A model generated the notes under the pieces. It did no database searches and was not told where the DNA came from. It saw only the letters and a list, made by a program, of their open reading frames with translations. Positions 45,807 to 56,674 of a DNA stretch of 64,000 nt are shown here, one piece after another; position 1 is the first letter of the stretch; every line of letters begins with the position of its first letter. The position numbers and the translations under genes were made by a program. Source of the stretch: a virus; the IMG/VR virus record IMGVR_UViG_3300044638_004201, positions 1-64,000 of that record, one strand, 5' to 3'.

Positions 45807-48800
45807 GTGCAATTTATTGGTCGCAGTGGCAATGAGGTTCTATTCGTTGCCGATAGCAAAGCCGTAATTGTTGACGAACAAACAAAACTCGTATGCTCTG
45901 TAGGTGATGCTGACTCTATGGTCGCATCTTTCATACCTGATGGCGACCAAACAAAACCAGAATCTTCTATCCCTTTTGAACTTGCTGTTGCTGCTACAAC
46001 AGACCTTGATATTAAAGTTTTTTCCAACAATGACCGCTTATACACAATTCCTAAATCAGTTCAGGCCGAAGCAAAACGAGCATTGGAATGGCGTAAGGAA
46101 GAAAAGCGTGGCGGAACTCCAGTCGGTCTAAACACTGCTCGCACTCTTGCTCGTGGTGGACAAATTGGTATTCGTAAAATTCGTCATATTGCTAAATATT
46201 TTCCACGCCATGAAGTAGATAAAAAAGGCAAAGGCTACAAGCCTGGACAAGAAAACTATCCAAGCAACGGACGTATCGCTTGGGCACTGTGGGGCGGGGA
46301 TGCTGCTAAGTCTTGGGCTACAGCAATTGTAAATCGTGAAAATAGAAAAGCCCAATCTAACTCTATTACCGCCTCTTTCGAGTATGTCATGTCTGACTAC
46401 GCTAAGCCAGAGTCAGTTGACCTTAACTCATTTATTGAAGCAGAAGTTATGCCAGAAGAAATGGCACCTCAATTTTATATGCGTGTTCGTTTAGATGGTT
46501 CAGGGATTGACCGTCTTTATAAAGTAAATCCAGATGGCTCTGTCTTTGTTTGGGACGATGCTATGTGGGAAGATTTAGGAAATATAAATCACGACTTTGA
46601 AACCTACGATAAGTCTCTTGACGATGCTTATGACAATGTATCAAAACTACACTTGCCTATAGATTCCAAAACAGCAGTAATTATTTCTGGTCTCTTTGAA
46701 GCAGACCCTTTCAAAGCAGTTTATGTTTCTCAAATTGAGCCAGAAGAGTCTCAACTATTTGTTGATGAGATGGATGGCGTCGACTGGGATTTAGTAGACG
46801 AAGTTGAATACGATGAAACTGATTATAGTGAGTATGAAGAATATTCAGAAGTAGATGATTCTCTAACTGCCGCAGGTGAAGCACCATCAAGTGGCGCACC
46901 AACAAATCAAGATGGAAACTACACCCCAGAAGAGCGCTCAGAAAAGGCTCGTGGTCAGGTTCGTGACAAAATGGGCAAGTTTGCTAAGGCTGGTGGAAAA
47001 GTTGTTATTGGTGGAAACCCTGAATACACGGGAACTATCGAGTCAATAAATCCAGAAAGTCAAAGCGTAAAAGTAAAACTTACAAATGGTAGTTATGTAG
47101 ATGTACCTGCTAATACAACAGAGTCAGTAGACACTTTCAAACCAATGCCTCAGGTTCAGTCTGCTGTTTCAACTAAGCAGTTAACTAAAAATATTCTTGG
47201 AGAGCCTCGCACTCCTATTGATAGACCAGCAGCAACTCTTACAGCAAAACTTCCACAGTTGCAGGTAAATCAAGTGAAAACAATTCTTAGTGATTTCTCC
47301 CCCTGGGCAGTAGACCTTAGACAAGCAGCACAAACTCCAGCATCTTCTCCAGATGCTCCAACCGAACTTCGTAAAACACCTAATGCCTATAACGACCCAT
47401 CTTTACGTGCATTTTTAGAGAAGACAGTAGTAAAAGATGGAAAGACTTCTAATCCAAATGCAATTTGGTACCGACCAGATATTTCTAAGACACCAGTAAA
47501 ACCTTCCGATGTTGAAGCATATAAACCAGCAAAAGATTTGAAACCATCTCCTGGTCTTACACCAGTGCCTTGGTTAACACAGCCAGCAAAAGGATTTACT
47601 TCTTCTGCTGAAGCAGCAGAGGTAGAACTTACTCCAGACACATCTGATGTTCCTCCTATCTATATGGCAATTGTTTCTCCAGATGACCCTCAGGCTGTTA
47701 TGGAATTAGTTTCATTAGTACCTGCTACTAATAAAACAACTACTCCAATGACTTATAAGCGTAAGCCAGGCAAGTGGGAAAAAGATGAGCAGATTCTCAA
47801 TGACCTAAACAGTCCTACTCCTCCACCAGTTATTGTTTTAGATAATGACAACCTTGCTTTGGTATTAGACCAAATTGATTCTGTAAAACCAGCAACTGCC
47901 TCTATCAGCAATATTGATTCAAGAATCATTGCTTTGATGGCAGCAGGTGGTGCTGATAGAAACCGTGGCAACGCTGAAAAACTTCGTCGCTACTGGTTAT
48001 ATGGAAAAGGCGCAGCAAAGATTCGTTGGAATACTCCAGGAGACTGGACACGCTGTGTTCGTCAACTTTCTAAATATATGGGACCTCGTTCTAAGGGCTA
48101 TTGCGCCTTACGCCATAAAGAAGCCACAGGTATGTGGACAGGCGATAAAGAGCATCGTCAACTGTTTGGTAAAAAAGGAAAAGCAAAGAATACTTTTAGT
48201 AATGATTTTGTCATTCCATCAGAGGCAGTTCTTGCTTCAGTAATTATGAAAGCAAGAATTGCTGACGCTAAGAATCGTGTTTTGACTGCTGGTGCTTCTA
48301 TGGAAGAGCCTGGAGTTGGGGCACAGTTTTATATTCCTCTAGTTATCCCTGAAGCCATAGAGTCTGGCGATGGACGTAAATTTGTTCCAGGGGCTATCTC
48401 AATGAGAGAACTACCACTACCTTTCTTATGGCAAATCAAGACTGGCGAAGGCCATTCCGGATCAGTTGTTATAGGAAAAATTACCAAGATGGAAAGAGTA
48501 GAAAATGGCATAGGAAATGCCTATGGCTATTTTGACACAGGTGAGTACGGAAAAGAAGCGGAAAGACTCGTTCGTGGCGGATTTATCCGTGGAGTTTCTG
48601 CTGACTTAGATATGTTTGAAGCAAATGAAGAAACAAATGCTTCAGAAAAAGAATCCGACGGCAAAGTCGGAGCAGGTAAAATGAAGATAACAAAGGCAAG
48701 AGTTATGGCTGTAACGCTTGTCCCTAAACCCGCTTATCAAGAGTGCACTATTGAACTCGTTGATGAGAGTGGGAGAGACCAGGAGGAAGAAGTGATTCAA

Positions 48801-50546
48801 GATGGAGTGTACGTCGAGGGAGTAAATCCACTCGATGCTTCAGCACTCGTCGCTTGCGGAATTGTTGCTGGTGCTATTCCAGTACATCCGCCTAAGGAGT
48901 GGTTTGATAACCCTGGCTTAAACAAGCCAACCGCTCTGACGGTAACTGATGAAGGAAAAGTTTTTGGTCACATTGCCGCTTGGCACGTTGACCACATTGG
49001 AATGTCTTTTGGAACACGACCACCACGCAGTAAGAGTAACTATGCCTATTTTCATACTGGCGTAGTTCGTACTGAGGAAAGTGTCGATGTTCCAGTTGGA
49101 CAATTAACATTGGCTGGAGGACACGCTTCTCTAGAAGCCAGTGCTTCAGAAGCAGTTCGTCACTATGACGACACAGCGTCTGCTATCGCAGATGTTCACG
49201 CAGGAGAAGATGCTTATGGCATCTGGGTTTCAGGAGCACTTCGCCCTGGAACAACTCCAGAGCAAATTCGTTCCCTTCGTGCTTCAGCACCATCTGGTGA
49301 CTGGCGCCCAATCAAGGGTTCACTTGAACTTGTAGCAGTTTGCCAAGTAAACGTTCCTGGCTTCCCAATTGCTCGTGCTCGTGTTGCATCAGGTCAGGTA
49401 ATGGCTCTTGTTGCTGCTGGAGCAAATGTTCTTGCTCAACTCAAGCATGACCCACTACGTGAATTAAATGAGCGTATTGACAAACTTGAAGCACCTATGG
49501 TTGCTGCTGCACAAGATGCTAAGTCTCGCATTGAGACAATAACTGCTGCTATCAAGGCTTCAGAACTTTCAAGCAGAATTGCAGAAACAAAAAATGCTGA
49601 CAGCGCTTATATGCTTCAGACACTAGAAGATGCTGATACTGAACTAGCAGTGATTTCCCGCAAGATGCGTGAAAAACTTGCTGGCGAAAAGAAAGCACTT
49701 CCAGATGGCTCATTCCCAATCAGAAATGTTTCTGACTTAAGAAATGCTGTTCAGGCATACGGACGTTCAAAGCCAGGAAAACGTGGACTAGTTCGTCGCC
49801 ACATCGTAAAGCGTGCCCGTCAACTTGAGAAGACAGACTTAATTCCAGAAAATTGGAAAGAAGCATCTGACACTTCAGACACTTTAATTGCCAGTATGAG
49901 AACCAAAATTGAAGCACTTAAAACAGTTGTTGCCGCAGCCGAAATCACCGAGAAAGACCTAGAAGGTCTGACCGATGAAGAACTTGACATACTAAAAAAA
50001 GAAGTTAAGGGCAAGAAACAAGCAGATGCAGAACGTGCCAAATACACACCTAAAACCCAACCCCGCGATGCCGCAGGGAAATTTCGACAAGTTCTTGCCC
50101 GGTTGAAATTAGACTTAGGTGATGCTGGCGCTGACGCTGCTCTAAAAAAGATTGAGCAAGCAGAAAACTTAGATAATGCTGGAAACTACGCTGGCGCAGC
50201 CAAGGCAGCGGGTGACCTTCTAGGCATTATTGACCGCTTGGACACTGGAGCACTAAATTCTGAATCTTTAGAAAATGTCAGAAGTAGTGCTGGTGAACTT
50301 GGAAAAGTTATTGCTAACCTTCCCTTTGCCTTTGGTCAGGACGCCCAAAAGATTCGTTTTAGCGATATCCCTCCTGCGCTACAACAACTTATGGAAGACA
50401 TGATTACACGGGTAGAGGCCAAGATTGGCAAGGATGACGCCGCTATTGCCACAAAGGATTTGAACACCTTTATGTCTGGCGGCGACTATTACAGCCAATC
50501 AGAGATTTCTAGTCAGATGGCTAAGTTACTTCGGTTACTTACCTAG
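45807..50546 (+). CDS. Multidomain capsid maturation protease / head protein
   Basis: Position before the capsid gene; SGDGR.F...LP..Q...GH.GSVV.G protease-like core; accessory domains (IAWALWGG; KIRWNTPGDWTRC; ALPDGSFPI). Confidence 0.72.
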   Translation: MQFIGRSGNEVLFVADSKAVIVDEQTKLVCSVGDADSMVASFIPDGDQTKPESSIPFELAVAATTDLDIKVFSNNDRLYTIPKSVQAEAKRALEWRKEEKRGGTPVGLNTARTLARGGQIGIRKIRHIAKYFPRHEVDKKGKGYKPGQENYPSNGRIAWALWGGDAAKSWATAIVNRENRKAQSNSITASFEYVMSDYAKPESVDLNSFIEAEVMPEEMAPQFYMRVRLDGSGIDRLYKVNPDGSVFVWDDAMWEDLGNINHDFETYDKSLDDAYDNVSKLHLPIDSKTAVIISGLFEADPFKAVYVSQIEPEESQLFVDEMDGVDWDLVDEVEYDETDYSEYEEYSEVDDSLTAAGEAPSSGAPTNQDGNYTPEERSEKARGQVRDKMGKFAKAGGKVVIGGNPEYTGTIESINPESQSVKVKLTNGSYVDVPANTTESVDTFKPMPQVQSAVSTKQLTKNILGEPRTPIDRPAATLTAKLPQLQVNQVKTILSDFSPWAVDLRQAAQTPASSPDAPTELRKTPNAYNDPSLRAFLEKTVVKDGKTSNPNAIWYRPDISKTPVKPSDVEAYKPAKDLKPSPGLTPVPWLTQPAKGFTSSAEAAEVELTPDTSDVPPIYMAIVSPDDPQAVMELVSLVPATNKTTTPMTYKRKPGKWEKDEQILNDLNSPTPPPVIVLDNDNLALVLDQIDSVKPATASISNIDSRIIALMAAGGADRNRGNAEKLRRYWLYGKGAAKIRWNTPGDWTRCVRQLSKYMGPRSKGYCALRHKEATGMWTGDKEHRQLFGKKGKAKNTFSNDFVIPSEAVLASVIMKARIADAKNRVLTAGASMEEPGVGAQFYIPLVIPEAIESGDGRKFVPGAISMRELPLPFLWQIKTGEGHSGSVVIGKITKMERVENGIGNAYGYFDTGEYGKEAERLVRGGFIRGVSADLDMFEANEETNASEKESDGKVGAGKMKITKARVMAVTLVPKPAYQECTIELVDESGRDQEEEVIQDGVYVEGVNPLDASALVACGIVAGAIPVHPPKEWFDNPGLNKPTALTVTDEGKVFGHIAAWHVDHIGMSFGTRPPRSKSNYAYFHTGVVRTEESVDVPVGQLTLAGGHASLEASASEAVRHYDDTASAIADVHAGEDAYGIWVSGALRPGTTPEQIRSLRASAPSGDWRPIKGSLELVAVCQVNVPGFPIARARVASGQVMALVAAGANVLAQLKHDPLRELNERIDKLEAPMVAAAQDAKSRIETITAAIKASELSSRIAETKNADSAYMLQTLEDADTELAVISRKMREKLAGEKKALPDGSFPIRNVSDLRNAVQAYGRSKPGKRGLVRRHIVKRARQLEKTDLIPENWKEASDTSDTLIASMRTKIEALKTVVAAAEITEKDLEGLTDEELDILKKEVKGKKQADAERAKYTPKTQPRDAAGKFRQVLARLKLDLGDAGADAALKKIEQAENLDNAGNYAGAAKAAGDLLGIIDRLDTGALNSESLENVRSSAGELGKVIANLPFAFGQDAQKIRFSDIPPALQQLMEDMITRVEAKIGKDDAAIATKDLNTFMSGGDYYSQSEISSQMAKLLRLLT

Positions 50547-50611
50547 TCTGTCTAAAAATCGTACAAAACTAAAAATCACACTAATAGAAGTAATGTAGTA
50601 TTCAGTATTAG

Positions 50612-50714
50612 GTGGAGTGCCTCCACGCTATCTACACAGCGTTTCGGAGTCCCTCGGCCTCGATTGATTAGCGAGATAGGTAATAGACCTATCGTGACTG
50701 GCCAGAGGAAGGAC
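50612..50714 (+). promoter_or_regulatory. Structured leader sequestering the capsid RBS
   Basis: GTCC-CTC-GGCC pairs with GGCC-A-GAG-GAA-GGAC and encloses two hairpins. Confidence 0.45.
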
Positions 50715-50719
50715 AGTTC

Positions 50720-52834
50720 GTGGACCAAATTAAAGAACAGATGGATCAACTCGCAGAGTTAGGCGACGATCAAGTTGTCGAACTTCAGAGTTCAATCTTG
50801 AAGCAATTTGAATTGGTTGAGAAAGAAGATCCTACCCCGCAAACAGTCGACGCGATGACGTCACTTGCCGATATGCTCGATGGAGTTAGAAACGAAGTCA
50901 AGCGCCGCGAGGCCGCAGCCATAGAACTCGCTCAGCGAGCCACTGAGGCCGCCTCCCGCGTTTACGGACAAGACGGCGAAAAAGAGGAAGAAAACATGGA
51001 AGCAAAAACAGAAGAGGCTCCAATGGCAGAGGAAGCACCAGTTGCTCCAATGACAGAAGAAGCACCTGCTGAAGAAGCACCTGTTTCTGACACTCCTGCT
51101 CCAATGGAAGAGGAGAAAAAGATGGATGAGGCAGCAGAGATGCCTGTCGCTCCTGAAAAAGAAACTCCTTCTGATATGGAAGAGGACGAGAAAAAGAAAG
51201 AGGAAAAAACCATGACCGAAGCGTCTACCGAAGCGGGAAAGAACACAGAGTTCTCAACTGAATCACAAATTGAAACACCAGCACCAGTTGCTGTTGTAGA
51301 AGAACCAGTTGTTGCCGCTGCTGAAGAATCAGTAGCACCAGCAGCAACAGAAGAGGCACCAACAGCAGAAGTTGCATCAGCAGAGGCACCAGTTGCCGAA
51401 GCAGTTGCAGAGACTGTTGTAGATGCTCCAGTGTCAGCAGAAGCATCTGTTGAAACTGTTGAAGGTGCAGAAGCATCTATTCAAGAAACATCAACCCAAG
51501 CAAGTGAACCAACCTTGGTTCAAGAAAATATGGAGGCACCCGTGACCGCCGCTGCAAATGCAGACAACCTCAACATTGAGGTCCCGGCTGACCGCCGTCC
51601 AACATCTCGGACATCTGCCGCTCCTGTGGCAATCACAGCGGGTGCAGATATTCCAGGATATACGGCTGGAAGCCCATTAACAGATATGAGCGCTGTTGCT
51701 GAAGCAATGGCAAAGCGTCTACATGGCCTACGCCGTGTAAACGGTGGAGATGGAGAACAACACATTGTTGCTTCTGTAACCACTTCATTCCCAGAAGACC
51801 GCACTCTTACACAAGATGCTGAATCAAACTGGGCAAAAATCAACGCTGTGACAAGCCCAGAAGCACTTGTTGCTTCAGGTGGACACGCAGCACCATTCGA
51901 GACCAAATACGACATTTTTGGACTTGGAACAACAGCACGTCCAGTACGTGATGCTCTTCCTCGTTTCCAGGCTGATCGCGGCGGTATTCGCTTCGTAACA
52001 CCACCAGTGCTTTCCTCATACGGAAACGCAGTTGGCGTGTGGACAAACGCAGTTGATACAGCACCTGGTACCGATGTTAAAGCAAGCCTCACCGTTTCAG
52101 CAGCAGCAGAGCAAACCGTCGCAACAGACGCAGTAACTTTGCAACTACAGTTCGGTAACTTGATGACTCGTGCTTATCCAGAACTCATCGCTCGTCACAA
52201 CGAGTTGGGTCTGATTCAGCACGCTCGTGAAGCAGAGCAAAACCTTCTTTCAAAGATTGGTACTGCTTCAACAGCAGTTACAACTACTTCCCTAATCGGA
52301 TTTGGTCGTGACTTCCTAGTACAACTAGGTCGCGCTTCTGCTGCTTACCGTTCACGTCATCGCCTAGAGGCTGATGCACCACTTCGTGCGATTATCCCAG
52401 CATGGGTTAAGGACGCGATGGCTGCTGACCTTGCTTTGGCAATGCCAGGAGATTCAACTCTCAACGCATACGCAGAAATCGACGGATACGTTGCTTCTCG
52501 TGGAGTCACACTAAGTGCTTCACTAGATCAGAACGTGTTTGGCGCACAATCATCGTCCGCTGCTCTAAACGAGTTCGCAGATTCATTCACTTGGTACCTA
52601 TTCGCAGAAGGTTCATTCTTGTTCCTTGATGGCGGTACTTTGGATCTAGGAATCATCCGTGATTCTACCCTTGTTGGAACTAACGATTACAAGATGTTTG
52701 TTGAAACCTTTGAAGGTATCGCATTCGTTGGCGTAGAAGCACTAGCAATTACTTCAACCATTTCTATCAACGGTGTGGCTGCTGCCCTCCGCGATACAAC
52801 TGGTGGAGCAACTGCTGCTGCTATTGAGTACTAA
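50720..52834 (+). CDS. Major capsid protein with N-terminal scaffold-like acidic region
   Basis: Coiled coil plus E/A/P-rich linker, then ALVASGG...RGGIRF...GN...RAYPELI...FLFLDGGTLDLGIIRDSTL..NDY.MF.ETFEG (cluster-B hexamer type). Confidence 0.85.
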   Translation: MDQIKEQMDQLAELGDDQVVELQSSILKQFELVEKEDPTPQTVDAMTSLADMLDGVRNEVKRREAAAIELAQRATEAASRVYGQDGEKEEENMEAKTEEAPMAEEAPVAPMTEEAPAEEAPVSDTPAPMEEEKKMDEAAEMPVAPEKETPSDMEEDEKKKEEKTMTEASTEAGKNTEFSTESQIETPAPVAVVEEPVVAAAEESVAPAATEEAPTAEVASAEAPVAEAVAETVVDAPVSAEASVETVEGAEASIQETSTQASEPTLVQENMEAPVTAAANADNLNIEVPADRRPTSRTSAAPVAITAGADIPGYTAGSPLTDMSAVAEAMAKRLHGLRRVNGGDGEQHIVASVTTSFPEDRTLTQDAESNWAKINAVTSPEALVASGGHAAPFETKYDIFGLGTTARPVRDALPRFQADRGGIRFVTPPVLSSYGNAVGVWTNAVDTAPGTDVKASLTVSAAAEQTVATDAVTLQLQFGNLMTRAYPELIARHNELGLIQHAREAEQNLLSKIGTASTAVTTTSLIGFGRDFLVQLGRASAAYRSRHRLEADAPLRAIIPAWVKDAMAADLALAMPGDSTLNAYAEIDGYVASRGVTLSASLDQNVFGAQSSSAALNEFADSFTWYLFAEGSFLFLDGGTLDLGIIRDSTLVGTNDYKMFVETFEGIAFVGVEALAITSTISINGVAAALRDTTGGATAAAIEY

Positions 52835-52867
52835 GCCGTACCCAGTACTAGAAGTAAATCTTGTAGA

Positions 52868-52893
52868 GGGAGCGCTCAGCAATGGGCGCTCCC
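52868..52893 (+). terminator. Hairpin after capsid gene
   Basis: GGGAGCGCTCA-GCAA-TGGGCGCTCCC; no U-tract. Confidence 0.55.
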
Positions 52894-52944
52894 GATACAG
52901 AATAAGTAACTAAATTAACTTTTAAGTTAGAAAGTAGAGTAAAG

Positions 52945-53820
52945 ATGGCCTTTACGGGAGTTTTTGAAGCACCGAAGCATATGCCTTCACAGTACGGGCT
53001 ACTCTCTGTCGCAAAGCCAGAAGCAGGTCCTAAAGAGGATCAATGGATTCGTGGCTTTTCACAAGAGTGGACCACTCAGTATTACTCTGCAAAAAATATT
53101 GACGACACAGACACGACACTTATTACTGTTGCAACTAATGCAACCCCTACTCGTTATGACGAGATTAAACCATTTTTTATTGAAGTCGAAGATTACCGCT
53201 CAACCCTAGGATTACTTGGCGTTGACCCAATTGAAAGAATTAAGAATCAGTTAGAGGGAATTACACAGCACGCAATTGAAAAAGAACTTTGGGAAGGTGG
53301 AGTCCGCATTGGCGAGACTCACACTAACAGAGCACTAGTTAGCCCAGAAGCATCGATTCTAAACTCAGGCACTGCACTGTCTCCTCGTCGAGCACTGGCT
53401 CTTCTTGATTTCCAAATTGGCTCAGCATCTCCTTCTGGAGAACAAGGCGTTATTCACATGACTCGTGACGTTGCTGCGTTACTCGCAAGCGACGCTCAGT
53501 TGCTTATACATAGTGAAGGTAAAGACCACCTTCAAACAATAAGCGGAACGCCCGTAATTGTTGGTTCTAGTTACACAGGTGCAGGTCCAACTGACGCTGC
53601 TGGTGATACAGAGACGCCAACATCTACAAACAAATGGATGTACGCCACTGGTACTGTCAAGGTTATCCTTGGTGATATCGATGTCGTCACTGACACACTG
53701 GCACAGGGATACAACGTGTCGGGAAATCAGAATGATATGAACCTTAAAGCAATTCGCCCAGCGGCGGTTTACTTTGACACCTCTATTCACTTAGCAATCA
53801 GAGTAGATTTAACAGCGTAA
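52945..53820 (+). CDS. Second capsid protein (pentamer/minor capsid type)
   Basis: YGLLSVA, E..LW.G, GVIH, T..GTPV..G.SY, WMYATG.V. Confidence 0.7.
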   Translation: MAFTGVFEAPKHMPSQYGLLSVAKPEAGPKEDQWIRGFSQEWTTQYYSAKNIDDTDTTLITVATNATPTRYDEIKPFFIEVEDYRSTLGLLGVDPIERIKNQLEGITQHAIEKELWEGGVRIGETHTNRALVSPEASILNSGTALSPRRALALLDFQIGSASPSGEQGVIHMTRDVAALLASDAQLLIHSEGKDHLQTISGTPVIVGSSYTGAGPTDAAGDTETPTSTNKWMYATGTVKVILGDIDVVTDTLAQGYNVSGNQNDMNLKAIRPAAVYFDTSIHLAIRVDLTA

Positions 53821-53858
53821 AATAAGAACAAGTAAGACCGACTAAAGGAGAAATCAGT

Positions 53859-54905
53859 ATGGCCACTCAGGACTACGCGGCAAGCGTCCAAGGTGTGGCG
53901 ATCCGAGTCACCAGACTGGACGCCTCAGGCAACTTACTCACCGAACCAGGTGATAGTTATACAACCTCGGCGTTCCTCCGCGCTTCATTCACACCAGAGT
54001 ACGAAGAAGGCGATGAAATTGTAGAAAAGTCAGCAGACGGTACAGTCTGTGTTTCTTACAAAGCCCCAGACACTCTAAAGCGCATCACAATGGAACTCGC
54101 AATTTGCGAACCAGACCCAGAACTAACAGCACTACTATCAGGTGGTTTGTTACTTCGTAAGAATTTTGGAACTTTTGCTTCACCAGACAACGAAAGCATC
54201 GGTTGGGCCGCGCCAGCCGTAGGAGACGATCCTGCTGGAAACGGCGTTGCTATTGAAGTTTGGTCATTCGCAGTAAAGGATGGAAAGCGTGCAACAACAA
54301 ATCCATACTTCTACTGGGTATTCCCATACGCAAAATTGCGTCAATCAGGTGACCGCGTAATTGAAAACGGTTTACTTGCTAACACATTTGAAGGTTATGG
54401 TTTAGGAAACGAAAACTTTGACACAGGTCTAGATGGCCGTTGGGAGTTCCCAATCGCAACAGAGCGTCCATACTCATACGCTCGTGCATCATGGGCACCA
54501 ACAGGTCTAAAGGGCTTCTACGAGTGGTACGACAACCTATCAGCCGTAGTAAACAACAAGTCTCTTACATCTAACGTAGCAACAATAACTACTGCTTCAG
54601 CCCACGGCTTTGAAGCAGGTCAGAGCGTTGTTGTAGCAGGTGTTGATGCCACATTCAATGGTACTTACACAATTACCACTGTTGGAAGCAACACAACCTT
54701 CTCTTACGCAAAGGTTGCTACAAACGTTGCTAGTGCTGCTGTATCCCCTGTGGGCTCAGCGGTTCGTCAACGTGGATACACAGCGGTTACAGACTTTGCC
54801 TCACAAGGCTCAACAACAACATACAACGTTCCTGGTAACTCAGATTACAACGCTGATGCTGCTGTTGACTTTATTATCGCATCGTCAGAAAACCCAACAG
54901 AGTAA
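53859..54905 (+). CDS. Major tail protein with inserted beta-rich accessory module
   Basis: IRVTRLDA.G, EYEEGDE...K.A.G.VC, AIEVWS, Y.VFPY. Confidence 0.82.
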   Translation: MATQDYAASVQGVAIRVTRLDASGNLLTEPGDSYTTSAFLRASFTPEYEEGDEIVEKSADGTVCVSYKAPDTLKRITMELAICEPDPELTALLSGGLLLRKNFGTFASPDNESIGWAAPAVGDDPAGNGVAIEVWSFAVKDGKRATTNPYFYWVFPYAKLRQSGDRVIENGLLANTFEGYGLGNENFDTGLDGRWEFPIATERPYSYARASWAPTGLKGFYEWYDNLSAVVNNKSLTSNVATITTASAHGFEAGQSVVVAGVDATFNGTYTITTVGSNTTFSYAKVATNVASAAVSPVGSAVRQRGYTAVTDFASQGSTTTYNVPGNSDYNADAAVDFIIASSENPTE

Positions 54906-54919
54906 TTAGATAACTGAGG

Positions 54920-54972
54920 GCGGACGACGTGCCAGTCGTGTCATTAGCACACATGGTAAGTCGTCCGCTTTT
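54920..54972 (+). terminator. Intrinsic terminator
   Basis: GCGGACGAC...GTCGTCCGC-TTTT. Confidence 0.7.
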
Positions 54973-54989
54973 AGTATTTAGGAGACAAA

Positions 54990-56135
54990 GTGAGCAGTAA
55001 TCTTTGGACTAACGTAGAAGATTTAGGTAGCGCATATGCTGATTCTGACTACGCTTACGATGCTGTAAAAACTGCTTCCTATTTATTGTGGGGAATGTCT
55101 GGCCGCAAATACAGCGGAACAACAACTGTTACAGAACGCTATGTTTCTGTCTACGACCCATACCTTCGTGCTGGTGCATCAATAATGACTTACTCACCAA
55201 CTCTTATTCAAGGTGAGGTTAAGAACCTAAGAATTGGTGGCTCTGGTCTTTATGGAGACGATGACTACCTAGGTGATGGAACATCATCAAACACTCGTAT
55301 CCGTCTTCGTGGTCGTAAAGTTGTAAAAATTCATACTGTAAGAGATATTGATGGAAATATCATTGACCCGTCTCAATACTATTTAGTAGAGCACTCAACT
55401 CTTTTAGCAACACCTGGAGCCACTTGGACTCCATCAAACGTAGAGGTTACATATACCTACGGAACTCCTCCTCCAACAGCAGGTAAAAACGCTGCTCGTA
55501 TGTTGGCTATTGAACTTGTAAAACTTTATGAAGGCGATGACACTTGCGCCCTACCTCAACGTGTTACTTCTATTTCTAGACAAGGTATTTCTTATACAGT
55601 ACTTGACAATCAAGATTTTATTGATGACTTGCGTACTGGACTATACGCTGTTGATTTATTTTTGAAAACTTCTAACCCAGATAAAGCCCGTGCTCGTGCT
55701 CGTGTATTTAGTCCAGATGTTCCTAAGGCTCGTCGCATTACACCAAAGCCTTTCTTGTATACAGAAACAGCATTTGACCTAAGAGTCTTGCCAACAGGTG
55801 GAAGTGTTGTACTTTACTTAGATGAGGTAAGTGGAGATTTCTTACTAAACGACAATGCTTGGGTAGTCTCTATGACTGTCTCTGATTACACAGGATCTAA
55901 AACCGAGACTTTCACTGGCGCAGCCGTGTTGAATCGTGGAACTGAAAAGATAACTATTACAGTTAACTATTCAGACATCCTCGCTGTGCTGGGACCAAGA
56001 GAACCAGGTGTATACGATATTTACTGCACTAGACCAAGTTTGGCAAACCCTGCTGTAGATGAGGTAATCAATCTTCTTACAGCAAATGCATCAATCCAAC
56101 TTGGAACAAGAGTAGAGCCTATCTACACCTTGTAG
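54990..56135 (+). CDS. Head-to-tail adaptor
   Basis: ASYLLW.MSGRKY, VTYTYG.PPP.G..AA..LA.E, C.LP.RVTSISRQG. Confidence 0.75.
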   Translation: MSSNLWTNVEDLGSAYADSDYAYDAVKTASYLLWGMSGRKYSGTTTVTERYVSVYDPYLRAGASIMTYSPTLIQGEVKNLRIGGSGLYGDDDYLGDGTSSNTRIRLRGRKVVKIHTVRDIDGNIIDPSQYYLVEHSTLLATPGATWTPSNVEVTYTYGTPPPTAGKNAARMLAIELVKLYEGDDTCALPQRVTSISRQGISYTVLDNQDFIDDLRTGLYAVDLFLKTSNPDKARARARVFSPDVPKARRITPKPFLYTETAFDLRVLPTGGSVVLYLDEVSGDFLLNDNAWVVSMTVSDYTGSKTETFTGAAVLNRGTEKITITVNYSDILAVLGPREPGVYDIYCTRPSLANPAVDEVINLLTANASIQLGTRVEPIYTL

Positions 56136-56166
56136 AATTTACGTAAAAGACGAAAGAGAGACATAA

Positions 56167-56673
56167 GTGGCAACACCTATAAATAAGGCATCTGTTAGCA
56201 GTAATGCTAAAAATCTTGCTGTATTTTTGCAAGCAGTCTTAGACCAAGTTGTTTCTTCTTATGCTTCTTACAATATGCCTTTGCCTTCTAGAAGGTATTA
56301 CACCTTAGGACAACCAGCAGTCGACTGCGAACAACTTGTTGTTTCATTTATTCAGATGTATGTCGGCTCTCCAGGAGATGAAGCAACAGAACCCCGCCGT
56401 TGCCAAGACCCTCGAAGCGCGACAATCAACGTTTCTATCTCTAGAGAAGTGCCAGTCGTTGGTCAAAATGGAAGACCACCATCAGCAGACAACATTGAAT
56501 CTTTCGCTGAGATTTCAGCATACGATGCTTGGATTTTATTAGACAGCGCTGCTCAATTAGATACCTGGGAACCGTCAGGTTTTGGTATGGGAGTAATTGC
56601 AACTGTAGAAGTTCAGGCACCAGAAGGCGGATTTCAAACCGTAGTTCTTACATTGACAGCGGCGATTCCATAA
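56167..56673 (+). CDS. Tail completion/terminator-like protein
   Basis: Position; DCEQL.V and PEGG motifs. Confidence 0.55.
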   Translation: MATPINKASVSSNAKNLAVFLQAVLDQVVSSYASYNMPLPSRRYYTLGQPAVDCEQLVVSFIQMYVGSPGDEATEPRRCQDPRSATINVSISREVPVVGQNGRPPSADNIESFAEISAYDAWILLDSAAQLDTWEPSGFGMGVIATVEVQAPEGGFQTVVLTLTAAIP

Positions 56674-56674
56674 A

